Positions 48,780-61,659 of a DNA stretch of 64,000 nt are shown here, piece after piece (the first letter of the stretch is position 1; the number at the start of each line of letters is the position of its first letter). Source of the stretch: Pristiophorus japonicus (taxonomy: Eukaryota). Location: positions 310,001 through 374,000 of the forward strand of contig NW_027252889.1 in NCBI RefSeq assembly GCF_044704955.1, given 5' to 3'. The position numbers and the translations under genes are program-made. The notes beneath the pieces are model-generated. The model was not told the DNA's origin and did no database searches. It saw only the letters and a program-made list of their open reading frames with translations.

Positions 48780-49925
48780 GCATGTAACTTTAGAATTTGT
48801 TGTCTTTCCGTAATAGTACCTAGTCTATTGGTTTATGCCATGCAGAGGAAGATATCCACGAATCAGGCGGACCAGAGGAACACCGGAGGAGGTCCTGCTG
48901 ATATACAGACCCTGACTGACTTGGCAGAATGTGCTGCAGCACTAGTGGGCAGTCACAGTCGCTCTGCCACCCGCGGTGGTGCAGGTCCCGTTGTTGTACA
49001 GCGTGACTAATGTGTAAAGCAGTGGTAAACCAGAGTCATTTAAAGTCATTTAATGGCATTTCATTATAATATAATAATAATGCCATGTTGTGCATGCAGC
49101 TTCTGTAGTACTCTCAGTTAAAGAACATAAGAACATAAGAAATAGGAGCAGGAGTGGGCCATGCGGCCCCTCGAGCCTGCTCTGCCATTCAATACGATCA
49201 TGGCTGATCTGATCATGGACTCAGCTCCACTTCCCTTCTCGCTCCCCATAACCCTTTACTCCCTTATCGCTCAAAAGTCTGTCTATCTCTGCCTTAAATA
49301 TATTCAATGACCCAGCCTCCACAGCTCTCTGGGGCATAGATGTACAACCATAATGATGTAATCATATGTAACGTCTCTTGTTCACATTTATTGCAGTAAT
49401 GTTGCTCCTTGTACATATGCCAGTACAGCGCAAGCATTCTCCTGTCTACCCTTCTGTTCTAATAACCTCAATGATGATTTGCAGGTCCCGAGACTCCCGA
49501 GGTGCGAAGGGAGGCCCCTCCACGGACGCCTGTGCCATTGCAGGTGGTCATCACCACGGGTCCAGAGGAGACTACTGAGGAGGAGGAAGATGACCAATTG
49601 TCATCTGTTGTACCTGCGGCCACGTCTTCATGGGCGGATGAAGTAGCGGGGCCAAGCGGCTTGCAGCAGGCCACTCCAAGGCGTACAGTGCCCACGCTGA
49701 CCCCACGGAGGTTGATTCGGCGAGATAGGCATGCACTGCGACAGGCAGATCCTACTGAGGACCTGGTGACACTGTCCAGGGACAGTGTCCATATCGGTCG
49801 ACAGCTCCTCCAGGCGATTGGTGGGTTGACCGGAAACACTGCCGCAATGTCCACACGAATATCGGAGGGCGTGGAGCGGATAGTTTTGGTGGTCCCATCT
49901 GCAATTGTTGTCCTCTCCTGACAGC
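48780..49925 (+). mobile_element. Harbinger Myb/SANT-partner gene remnants (CR1 tail inserted at about 49120-49340)
   Basis: RKISTNQADQRNTGGGPADIQTLT motif; lies convergent to the transposase. Confidence 0.55.
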
Positions 49926-49929
49926 TAGG

Positions 49930-50832
49930 TTCTACAACATGCAGCACACCACATTAAGCTCCGCGACCTGCTCAGGGTGGTATTGTAGGTTACCTCCTGA
50001 GTGGTCCAGGCATCTGAAGCGCTGCTTCAGAACTCCAATTGACTTTCTAACGACATTGCATGTCGCTATATGGCTTTCATTGTAGCACTTCTTGGCTTCC
50101 GTCTGGGCCTTACGCAGGGGGGTCATGAGCCAGCTGGCAAGGTCATATCCTTTATCCCCCAGCATCCAACCGTGACCTTGTGGCTGACTCTTAAACAGGT
50201 CAGAGACAGTGCTCCCATGCAAGATGTGTGCATCATGGATGCTGCCGGGATAATTACATTTATTGCCAGGATTATTTGCTTGTGGTTGACAACGAGCTGC
50301 ACGTTCAGGGAGTGGAATCCTTTTCGCTTCCAAAGTACCTCTACATCCTGAAAAGGTGCTCGCAGGGCGATGTGTGTACAGTCTATTGCTCCCTGCACCT
50401 TGAGGAAGTTTGCTATTTGCGAGAAACCCAAAGCCCTCTCAATCTGTGCCTTCCTGGCCATAGGGAAGTTTATAAAGTCCATCCTGAGTGCGTAAAGGGC
50501 TTCAGTCACCTGTCGAATGGAGCAGTGTGTGTCGGGCGTGCTGATAGCTTCCGCAAATGTCGCCAGCTGAGGTTTGAAAGGAGCCCGATGCGTAGAAGGA
50601 AAGTGCCGCAGTAACCTTAACCTCAACAGGCAGTGCAGTCCTGATGGTGCTGGTAGACTGCAGATCTCCCTTGATGAGCTGGCATATCTCACTGATGTCC
50701 TCCTTTCGGAATCGCAGCCTCCTAACGCACATGTAATCGGACAAGTTCAGCTATGATCACTTTTCCCTGTAAATGCGTTGGGTGTAAGGTCTCCTCCTCG
50801 GCCCCAGTCTGCCAACTCTTTGATTGGACACA
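49930..50832 (-). pseudogene. PIF/Harbinger (HARBI1-like) DDE transposase, frameshifted
   Basis: RRLRF..EICQLI, VTAALSFYASGSFQ, VQGAIDCTHI, RKGFHSLNVQ, YPGSIHDA, LGDKGY, IGVLKQRFRCLD. Confidence 0.9.
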
Positions 50833-53800
50833 TATTGCCGAGTATTGCCGAGTACTGCCGAGTATTGCCGAGTACTGCAGAGTATTGCCGAGTACTGCCG
50901 AGTATTGCCGAGTACTGCAGAGTACTGCCGAGTATTGCCGAGTATTGCCGAGTACTGCAGAGTACTGCCGAGTATTGCCGAGTACTGCCGAGTATTGCCA
51001 AGTATTGCAGAGTATTGCCGGGTACTGCCGAGTATTGCCGAGTACTGCCGAGTATTGCCGAGTACTGCCGAGTATTGCCGAGTACTGCCGAGTATTGCCG
51101 AGTACTGCCGAGTATTGCCGAGTACTGCAGAGTACTGCCGAGTATTGCCGAGTATTGCCGAGTACTGCAGAGTACTGCCGAGTATTGCCGAGTACTGCCG
51201 AGTATTGCCAAGTATTGCAGAGTATTGCCGGGTACTGCCGAGTATTGCCGAGTACTGCCGAGTATTGCCGAGTATTGCAGAGTATTGCAGAGTATTGTCG
51301 AGTATTGCCGAGTACTGCAGAGTACTGCCGAGTATTGCAGAGTACTGCCGAGTATTGCCGAGTACTGCCGAGTATTTCCGAGTACTGCCGAGTATTGCCG
51401 AGTACTGCCGAGTATTGCCGAGTACTGCCGAGTATTGCCGAGTACTGCCGAGTATTGCCGAGTAGTGCAGAGTACTGCCGAGTACTGCCGAGTATTGCCG
51501 AGTACTGCCGAGTATTTCCGAGTACTGCCGAGTATTGCTGAGTATTGCCGAGTACTGCCGAGTATTGCCGAGTACTGCAGAGTACTGCCGAGAATTGCAG
51601 AGTACTGCCGAGTATTGCCGAGTATTGCCGAGTACTGCCGAGTATTGCCAAGTATTGCCGAGTACTGCCGAGTATTGCCGAGTACTGCCGAGTATTGCCA
51701 AGTATTGCCGAGTACTGCCGAGTATTGCTGAGTATTGCCGAGTACTGCCGAGTATTGCCAAGTACTGCCGAGTATTTCAGAGTACTGCCGAGTATTGCAG
51801 AGTACTGCAGAGTATTGCCGAGTACTGCAGAGTACTGCCGAGTATTGCAGAGTACTGCCGAGTATTGCCAAGTATTGCCGAGTACTGCCGAGTATTGCCG
51901 AGTATTGCCGAGTACTACCGAGTATTGCCAAGTACTGCCGAGTATTTCAGAGTACTGCCGTGTATTGCAGAGTACTGCCGAGTATTGCAGAGTACTGCCG
52001 AGTATTGCCAAGTATTGCCGAGTACTGCCGAGTACTGCCAAGTATTGCCGAGTACTGCCGAGTACTGCCGAGTATTGCCGAGTATTGCCGAGTACTGCCG
52101 AGTACTGCCGAGTATTGCCGAGTACTGCCGAGTATTGCCGAGTACTGCCGAGTACTGCCGAGTACTGCCGAGTATTGCCGAGTATTGCCGAGTACTACCG
52201 AGTATTGCCGAGTACTGCCGAGTACTGCTGAGTACTGCCGAGTACTGCCGAGTATTGCAGAGTACTGCCGAGTATTGCAGAGTACTGGCGAGTATTGCCG
52301 AGTACTGCCGAGTATTGCCGAGTACTGCCGAGTACTGCCGAGTATTGCCGAGTACTGCCGAGTATTGCAGAGTACTGCCGAGTACTGCTGAGTCCTGCCG
52401 AGTACTGCCGAGTATTGCCAAGTACTGCCGAGTACTGCCGAGTACTGCCGAGTATTGTCGTGTACTGCCGAATACTGCCGATATTGCCGAGTACTGCCGA
52501 GTACTGCAGAGTACTGCTGAATATTGCAGAGTACTGCCGAGTACTGCAGAGTACTGCCGAGTATTGCCGAGTACTGCCGAGTATTGCCGAGTACTGCCGA
52601 GTATTTCAGAGTACTGCCGAGTATTGCAGAGTACTGCAGTGTATTGCCGAGTACTGCAGAGTACTGCCGAGTATTGCAGAGTACTGCCGAGTATTGCCAA
52701 GTATTGCCGAGTACTGCCGAGTACTGCCGACTATTGCCAAGTATTGCCGAGTACTGCCGAGTACTGCCGAGTACTGCCGAGTATTGCCGAGTACTGCCGA
52801 GTACTGCCGAGTATTGCCGAGTACTGCCGAGTACTGCCGAGTATTGCAGAGTACTGCCGAGTATTGCCGAGTACTGCCGAGTATTGCCGAGTACTGCCGA
52901 GTACTGCCGAGTATTGCCGAGTACTCCTGAGTATTGCAGAGTACTGCCGAGTACTGCCGAGTCCTGCCGAGTACTGCCGAGTATTGCCAAGTACTGCCGA
53001 GTACTGCCGAGTACTGCCGAGTATTGCCGTGTACTGCCGAATACTGCCGAGTATTGCCGAGTACTGCCGAGTACTGCCGATTATTGCCGAGTACTGCCGA
53101 CTACTGCCGAGTATTGCCGAGTATTGCCGAGTATTTCCGAGTACTGCCGAGTACTGCCGAGTATTGCCGAGTACTGCCGAGTACTGCCGAGTATTTCTGA
53201 GTACTGCCGAGTATTGCCGAGTATTGCCGAGTACTGCCGAATACTGCCGAATACTGCCGAGTATTTCCGAGTATTGCCGAGTATTGCCGAGTACTGCCGA
53301 GTATTGCCAAGTACTGCCGAGTATTGCCGAGTAATGCCGAGTACTGCCGAGTATTGCCGAGTACTGCCGAGTATTGCCGAGTACTGCCGAGTATTGCCGA
53401 GTACTGCCGACTACTGCCGAGTATTGCCGAGTACTGCCGAGTACTGCCGAGTATTTCTGAATACTGCCGAGTATTGCCGAGTATTGCCGAGTACTGCCGA
53501 GTACTGCCGAATACTGCCGAGTATTTCCGAGTACTGCCGAGTATTGCCGAGTACTGCCGAGTATTGCCGAGTACTGCCGAGTATTTCCAAGTACTGCCGA
53601 GTACTGCCGAATACTGCCGAGTATTGCCGAGTACTGCCGAGTATTTCCAAGTACTGCCGAGTATTTCCAAGTACTGCCGAGTATTGCCGAGTATTGCCGA
53701 GTACTGCCGAGTACTGCCGAATACTGCCGAGTATTGCCGAGTACTGCCGAGTACTGCCGAGTATTGCCGAGTACTGCCGAGTATTGCAGAGTACTGCCGA

Positions 53801-55242
53801 GTACTGCTGAGTCCTGCCGAGTACTGCCGAGTATTGCCAAGTACTGCCGAGTACTGCCGAGTACTGCCGAGTATTGTCGTGTACTGCCGAATACTGCCGA
53901 TATTGCCGAGTACTGCCGAGTACTGCAGAGTACTGCTGAATATTGCAGAGTACTGCCGAGTACTGCAGAGTACTGCCGAGTATTGCCGAGTACTGCCGAG
54001 TATTGCCGAGTACTGCCGAGTATTTCAGAGTACTGCCGAGTATTGCAGAGTACTGCAGTGTATTGCCGAGTACTGCAGAGTACTGCCGAGTATTGCAGAG
54101 TACTGCCGAGTATTGCCAAGTATTGCCGAGTACTGCCGAGTACTGCCGACTATTGCCAAGTATTGCCGAGTACTGCCGAGTACTGCCGAGTACTGCCGAG
54201 TATTGCCGAGTACTGCCGAGTACTGCCGAGTATTGCCGAGTACTGCCGAGTACTGCCGAGTATTGCAGAGTACTGCCGAGTATTGCCGAGTACTGCCGAG
54301 TATTGCCGAGTACTGCCGAGTACTGCCGAGTATTGCCGAGTACTCCTGAGTATTGCAGAGTACTGCCAAGTACTGCCGAGTCCTGCCGAGTACTGCCGAG
54401 TATTGCCAAGTACTGCCGAGTACTGCCGAGTACTGCCGAGTATTGCCGTGTACTGCCGAATACTGCCGAGTATTGCCGAGTACTGCCGAGTACTGCCGAT
54501 TATTGCCGAGTACTGCCGACTACTGCCGAGTATTGCCGAGTATTGCCGAGTATTTCCGAGTACTGCCGAGTACTGCCGAGTATTGCCGAGTACTGCCGAG
54601 TACTGCCGAGTATTTCTGAGTACTGCCGAGTATTGCCGAGTATTGCCGAGTACTGCCGAATACTGCCGAATACTGCCGAGTATTTCCGAGTATTGCCGAG
54701 TATTGCTGAGTACTGCCGAGTATTGCCAAGTACTGCCGAGTATTGCCGAGTAATGCCGAGTACTGCCGAGTATTGCCGAGTACTGCCGAGTATTGCCGAG
54801 TACTGCCGACTACTGCCGAGTATTGCCGAGTACTGCCGAGTACTGCCGAGTATTTCTGAGTACTGCCGAGTATTGCCGAGTACTGCCGAGTACTGCCGAA
54901 TACTGCCGAGTATTTCCGAGTACTGCCGAGTATTGCCGAGTACTGCCGTGTATTGCCGAGTACTGCCGAGTATTTCCAAGTACTGCCGAGTACTGCCGAA
55001 TACTGCCGAGTATTGCCGAGTACTGCCGAGTATTTCCGAGTACTGCCGAGTATTTCCAAGTACTGCCGAGTATTGCCGAGTATTGCCGAGTACTGCCGAG
55101 TACTGCCGAATACTGCCGAGTATTTCCGAGTACTGCCGAGTACTGCCGAGTACTGTCGAGTACTGCCGAGTATTTCCGAGTACTGCCGAGTATTTCCAAG
55201 TACTGCCGAGTATTGCCGAGTATTGCCGAGTACTGCCGAGTA
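50833..55242. repeat. 10-bp satellite (GAGTAYTGCM)n, about 440 copies
   Basis: Directly visible; 1-nt phase slips at about 52481 and 53900; higher-order duplications. Confidence 0.98.
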
Positions 55243-55641
55243 GCACCGACTTAAGGTCAGGTGAGTGCAGCTTTTTTTCAGCGACTTTTCGACCAGCGAC
55301 CATTTCGGCGAAGTGTGGGCGAAATGCCGGAAGTTGCGGTGGCGATAAATGGGCGATAATCGGGCACAAGTTTCCAGTTTCAGCACTATTCTCGGCCTGG
55401 CACGCAGATGACGTCATATATTTTTTAAACTTAAGCCGGGCAATGCAGCACATTCATGTGTGCCAAAAGTTTGGCCAGCGATAAATGGGCGATAATCGGG
55501 TGCTTGTTTCTACTTTCTGGCAAAAATGGGCAATAGCCTGTATCTCAGCATTAAATGGGCGATCAATGGGCGATCAATGGGCTATAAGTGGGCGATAAAT
55601 GGGGGATAAATTGGGCGATGATGTGCCGAAAGTCTAGTCCC
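55243..55641. mobile_element. Probable Harbinger terminus with subterminal GGGCGAT(A/C)AAT repeats
   Basis: Repeated gggcgataaat/gggcgatcaat motifs ending at gaaagtctagtccc. Confidence 0.5.
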
Positions 55642-57412
55642 ATCGATTCTAGAACGGTTCCCATGGACTGGAATGTTGCTAATGTTACGCCACTATTTAC
55701 GAAAGGAAGGAGAGAGAAAACGGGGAACTACAGACCAGTTAGCCTGACATCAGTAGTAGGGAAAATGCTCGAATCTATTATTAAGGGCACTGAGAAAATA
55801 ATAATAGGATTGGGCAGAGTCAACATCGATTTATGAAAGGGAAAACGTGTTTGACAAATCTGTTTTGAGTTTTTTGAGGTGGTAACTAGCAGAATAGATC
55901 GGGGGAATCAGTGAATGTGGTCTAGTTTGGATATTCAGAAGGCATTCGATAAGGTGCCACACCAGAGATTATTAAACAAAGGAGGGTTGATGGGATTAGG
56001 GGTAATATACTAGCATGGATTGAGGATTGGTTAAAGGGTTGGGAAAATGTTGTTAAAGAATCAGTAGCAGGACATTTGGAAAAACATAATGCAGTCAGGC
56101 AGAGTCAGCATGGATTTATGAAGGAGAGGTCATGTTTGACAAATTTGCTGGAATTCTTTGAGGATCTAATGAACAGGGTGGATAAAGGGGAACCTGTGGA
56201 TGTGGTGTATTTGGATTTCCAGAAGACATTTGACAAGGTGCCACATAAAAGGTTACTGCACAAGATAAAAGTTAACGGGGTTGGGGGTGATATATTAGCA
56301 TGGATAGAGGATTGGCTAACGAACAGAAAACAGAGAGTCGGAATAAATGGTTCATTCTCTGGTTGGCAATCAGTAACTAGTGGGGTGCTGCAGGGATCAG
56401 TGCTGGGACCCCACCTATTTACAATCTATATTAATGACTTGGAAGAAGGGACCGAGTGTAACGGAGCCAAGTTTGCGGGCGAAACAAAGATTGGAGGAAA
56501 AGCAATGAGTGAGGAGGAAAAAAAAAATCTGCAAAAGGACATAGACAGGCTAAGTGAGTGGGCAAACATTTGGCAGATGGAGTATAATGTTGGAAAGTGT
56601 GAGGTCATGCACTTTGGCAGAAAAAAAATCAAAGAGCAAGTTATTATTTAAATGGAGAAAGATTGCAAAGTGCCGCAGTACAGTGAGACCTGGGGGTCCT
56701 GGTGCATGAAATACAAAAGGATAGTATGCAGGTACAGCAAGTGATCAGGAAGGTCAATGGAATCTTGGCCTTTATTGCAAAGGGGATGGAGTATAAAAGC
56801 AGGGAAGTCTTGCTACAGTTATACAGGGTATTGGTGAGGCCACACCTGGAATACTGCGTGCAGTTTTGCTTTCCATATTTACGAAAGGATGTACTTGCTT
56901 TGGAGGCAGTTCAGAGAAGGATCACTAGGTTGATTCCGGAGATGAGGGGGCTGACTTATGAGGAAAGGCTGAGGAGGTTAGGCCTCTATTCATTGGAATT
57001 CAGAAGAATGAGAGGGGATCTTATCGAAGCGTTTAAGATTATGAGGGGGCTTGACAAGGTGGATGCAGAGAGGATGTTTCTGCTGATGGGGGAGACTAGA
57101 ACTAGGGGGCATGATCTTAGAATAAGGGGCCGCCCATTTAAAAATGAGATGAGGAGGAATTTCTTCTCTCAGAGGGTTGTAAATCTTTGGAATTCACTGC
57201 CTCAGTCTGCTTTTGGATGCTGGATCATTTAATGGATTTGACAGAAAGAGACAGTTTTTAACTGATAAGGGGTTAAGGGGTTATGGGGAGTGGGCAGGGA
57301 AGTGGATCTGAGTCCATGATCCGATCAGCCATGATCGTATTAAATAGCGGAGCAACTCGAGGGGCCTTATGGCCTACTCCTGCTCCTATTTCTTATGTTC
57401 TTATGTTCTTAT
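55642..57412 (+). mobile_element. Two juxtaposed CR1 fragments (about 55642-56035 and 56036-57412)
   Basis: The RT region NYRPVS/LDF.KAFDKV occurs twice; tail ttcttatgttcttatg. Confidence 0.88.
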
Positions 57413-59690
57413 GACTGCTGCACCACCGTTGCTCTGAGCGTCCAGCACTCCAAACCCAAGAAACACAAAAGCTGTCTCAGAAGGACATTGGAGTGCTAGA
57501 GTCATCCTCCACCCAGAAATGTGGGCATGGAGAAGGCAAACAAGTTTATCATTGTCCATCGCCCGAGCAGTACATTTGGATGCGGTCAGCAATTCCATAC
57601 AATACATTTGGATGCTGGGTTATAACCAAGTGTAAAGCTGTTATTGTATTCTAGTGCATCTAGTCATTTTAATCTCAAGCCCAGGGGTTTTTGACCAACA
57701 CAGTTACATCAAGGTAACTGGACGGGTCAAACCGTGACATCACAGGGCAAGCCTGACCCTACCCTGTGCATCACAGTGAGATTAGGCATCACAATAGGTT
57801 TGTAACCTGGGGCTACCTGAGACACAAGCAGTTTCAGTGAAGGAAAGCACTGACTGAGACTAACTGGCTGATCTCTCTAGCAGTGAATGTGGCCGGATAC
57901 AATATCTCACCATTTTTGCTTTTTGAAGAGAACACTATGAAAACATCATCAACCAGCAGATTAGAGAGAAGGTTGTGAGCTTTGAAAGGTTGGGATTAAC
58001 CTATTGATCTTGTATCATCATTTGTGAAAGTCAGAATGAGCAACATAACGAGTTTAATAGATACAGTAATACTGGTGCACAATAGCTTGTTAGAACAGTA
58101 CATTTTGTTGTTATTTGATCTTCTTTGGGGTTGTTAATAGTTAGTCTGGAGCCTGTTGCCTGCTCACAGATGGTTACTGAGTCCCACTCTCAGCTCCCTC
58201 ACTAACCAGACTCTCCCAGCCCTTGCGTTTGGTGCTCACTCCATGTTCTGTAAATGTAGACAACTACTTATCATTGGTAGACCTCCCGGGGCATTGCTCG
58301 GGACAGTCTGCAGGGTGAGCAACAGTCACACATGTAACTGGGCCCCACTGAGAGAAGGGGGCACGGAGAAGGCAAACAATCCCATCACTGCCCATTGCCC
58401 GCACACCCGACTCTCTGGGTCATAACCAAGTGCAAAGCGGTTATTGTATTCCAGCACATCCAACCTAAGGCCCAAGGCTTTTTGGCCAAACACCGTTGTA
58501 TCAAAGTGAGGCCCTTTCACTGGACGGGTCAAACTGTGACATCACAGGGCAAGCCTGACCCTACCCTGTGCATCACGTGATCACTGACATCACGATAGGT
58601 TTGTAAACAGGGGCAACATGAGGCAGAAGAGGTTGCACAAGCAGTTTCAGTGAAGGAAAGGGAGCTGTACTGGCTGTGACTAACTGGCTGATCTCTCTAG
58701 GAGTGAATGTGGCCGGCTAGAAGATCTGGTGAAGGGAATGTGAACAATGGAATCATCACTAACCAGCTGACAGTCGGAAGGGTGTTGCTATGGAAGGTTT
58801 GTTTATTCCAGCTCGAACTAGGAGGCATAATCTTAGAATAAGGGGCCGCCCATTTAAAACTGAGATGAGGAGGAATTACTTCTCTCAGAGGGTTGTAAAC
58901 CTGTAGAATTCACAGACTCAGAGTGCTTTGGATGCTGGGCCATTGAATGGATTTAAGACAGAGATCGACTGTTTCTTAACTGATAAGGGGTTAAGGGGTT
59001 ATGGGGAGCGGGCAGGGAAATGGACCTGAGTCCATGATCGTATTAAATGGTGGAGCAGGCTCGAGGGGCCGAATGGCCTGCTCCTGCTCCTATTTCTTAT
59101 GTTCTTATGTTCTTATGACTGCTGCACCACCATTGATCTGAGCGTCCAGCACTCCAAACCCAAGAAACACAAACGCTGTTTCAGAAGGACATTGGAGTGC
59201 TAGAGTCATCCTCCACCCAGAGATGTGGGCATGGAGAAGGCAAACAAGTTTATCATTGTCCATCGCCCGAGCACCCACATCTCTGGGTCATAACCAAGTG
59301 TAAAGCTATTTTCGCATTCTAGTGCATCTAGACCTTGTAATCTAAAGCCCAGGGTTTTTTGGCCAAACGCAGTTACATCAAGGTGAAGACCTTTCACTGG
59401 ACGGGTCAAACTGTGACATCACAGGGCAAGCCTGACCCTACCTTGTGCATCACGTGATCACTGACATCACGATAGATTTGTAAACAGGGGCAACATGAGG
59501 CAGAGAGGCTGCACAAGCAGTTTCAGTGAAGGAAAGGGAGCTGTACTGACTGTGACTAACTGGCTGATCTCTCTAGGAGTGAATGTGGCCGGCTAGAAGA
59601 CCTGGTGAAGGGAGCGTGAACAATGGAATCATCACTAACCAGCTGACAGTCAGAAGGGTGTTGCTGTAGAAGGTTTGTTTAATCCAGCTT
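57099..59690 (+). repeat. Local tandem duplication: CR1 3' end plus flank twice; inner unit of about 400 bp three times
   Basis: 57099-57900 resembles 58815-59600; inner unit with gtgacatcacagggcaagcctgaccctacc at about 57734, 58536 and 59413. Confidence 0.85.
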
Positions 59691-60439
59691 GTATAATTCC
59701 CTGTGAAAGTCAGAGTGTGTAACAGTATAACCCACTGCAGTGACCATGCAGACATCAATGTTCAAACCCTGGGAACTGAAACCAGATCAGTACTCGCTCG
59801 TTGTTCTGATCAACTGGGATAATCTGTGTGACAAGGAGTCGATGGGAAACTCTTGTCCCAGCTGTTACTGGTGCCCTCTGACCTTGTCAATCCCTGGGTC
59901 CTTGTCAAGGACCTGCTCCCAGGTCAGCTGGCTCAGGTACTGCCACCAATAGCCCTCCGATTGTCAGAGAAGTTCCTTGTCCCAATGATCCTGGTTCACC
60001 TGATGGCATTGCCGCCATTCTGGACCATCTCTCGGATTCTGAAGAAGGTGTAAATTCCCCAACTCCACAACCTTTAATACTCAGGTGGCAGCAGAATCTG
60101 TGGCCAGTGACATTACATGGAAAGAAACACGTTGATAGTTTTGCCCCCAGAATCTGCATTAAACATTTACAGCTTCAATGGTTTACTGTACAATGCTCAT
60201 TCTAAAGTACCTGTCGTTGTCTTGTTGTGATCCAGTGATTTAAAAACAAATCTGTCATTTGTTCTTCTGCTAGAGGTACACGGTTGGCGTCAGGATGAGA
60301 GAGAGAAAATGGGCGGTTTCATCAAAGTACCTCCAGACTAAAGTTGTGAGTAACAAAACCACAAAGACAAGTGGATCAGACACACAAGAGAGAGCACATC
60401 GTGACAGAAATCAAATCAATGCCAGCAGAGAAACCACAG

Positions 60440-61640
60440 GAGCGGGCGGTGTAACTGAAATTATCCCGATGCCCTCCCTCTGTGTCCCATCCATTTCTCA
60501 GTACCAACTCCACACCTTTCAATTTGTGTTTCATTTAACGGCCAGTATCCCCCCTTCCCCAGAGACCCATCTAGTCCTCATGTCCCTGCACCGGCAACAA
60601 GCACCAACCCTGCTCCAACTCCAGGCTCAGTTCGGCAATGCTTGGGGTGAACTGCACTGGCACTGGGTAAAGCCCAGTCTGTGCCATCATCTCCAACCAG
60701 TGCCATCCAGGGTTCCACCTCGGGACTTAACAGGAAAGTCTCAAGCATGGACGCTCTGGTTGTTGCCCCGAGACTTCCCAGAATTCAGAGGGAGCCCTCC
60801 CCTGGCACCAGCTGGCTCGGAGGAGTCCGTGACTGCTGGTACCAGGATCTCTCCCAATTCCTATGGGGCATCGAGGTTCCAAGGGCTCTCACTCCAAGGG
60901 AGGATATGTGTGCCCCAGTGGTACCTCCCCCACGAGGCGGGGGCTCATGTCTGCAGGGTCTAACTCAATCGGCCTTTGTATTCATGAGCCTGTAACTAAT
61001 CGCTTCCGAAGGCAGGAAGCCTCCAGTAGCTTCCTCGGGCTGAACCGGCAGGAAGGCTGATCGTGAGGCCCTCATCTCTGTTCCCAGAGCCTCACTATCA
61101 ACCTTCCCTGTCTCTTCAGCCCGAGGCAGCTTCCCAGAGCCATCCCACCTTCGGATGCCAAGCTGGGAGCCTGAGTCGGACCAGCACCTCCAGTCTTTTG
61201 GGCTTTTTCATGTATTTAACACAAGGGTGACGAATCTGAAACTGTGGGTTCCAGAAGTCCCTTCACTTGGGGCTTTGTGTCTTTACTTGGGGTTTACTCA
61301 GGCTGTTGCTGTATTCATCCGACCAATTTCCAGGGCACTTCGGGTGGACTGCTGCAGCAGAACCTTCATCGTTCCCAGAATTGATGGCATGAATCGCAGA
61401 ATTGATGGAACGAATCCCAAAACCGCTCACCCTCAAGCAGCAGGTTTTAAAAATGCCAATGCGCAGACCCCACACCCATTCACGGAGCGGAGCGAGCTCT
61501 GCCCACACCAGGTGGTGCTCCGAGCATGGCTCCAGCTGTATGGAAGCTGCCAGAATGTGGGTGACGTAAGCCCGGGAAATGTAAAGATACTTGTTTCTAA
61601 ACCTTCCTCCTCTCGATGTTGTAGCCCACCCCATCTATAG
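60440..61640 (-). mobile_element. Tx1/L1-like LINE remnant
   Basis: LYISRAYV...PCSEHHLVWAEL resembles the Tx1 endonuclease C-terminal SDH motif. Confidence 0.6.
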
Positions 61641-61659
61641 GCCCCTTCCACTCACCATC

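Noticed and set aside
50833-55242. CRISPR-like array
   Set aside because: No unique spacers, no cas genes, and the context is eukaryotic.
50722-55484. Many long ORFs (up to 599 aa; AEYCRVLPST and YSAVLGSTRQ repeats)
   Set aside because: Artefact of a stop-free 10-bp satellite: all frames on both strands are open and there is no gene context.
57772-57799. 12-RSS-like CACAGTG-12-ACAATAGGT
   Set aside because: The nonamer matches only 5/9, it is absent from the two sibling copies, and no V/D/J segment is adjacent.
60295-60963. 222-aa plus-strand ORF
   Set aside because: Antisense to a decayed Tx1-like element, with no recognisable motifs.
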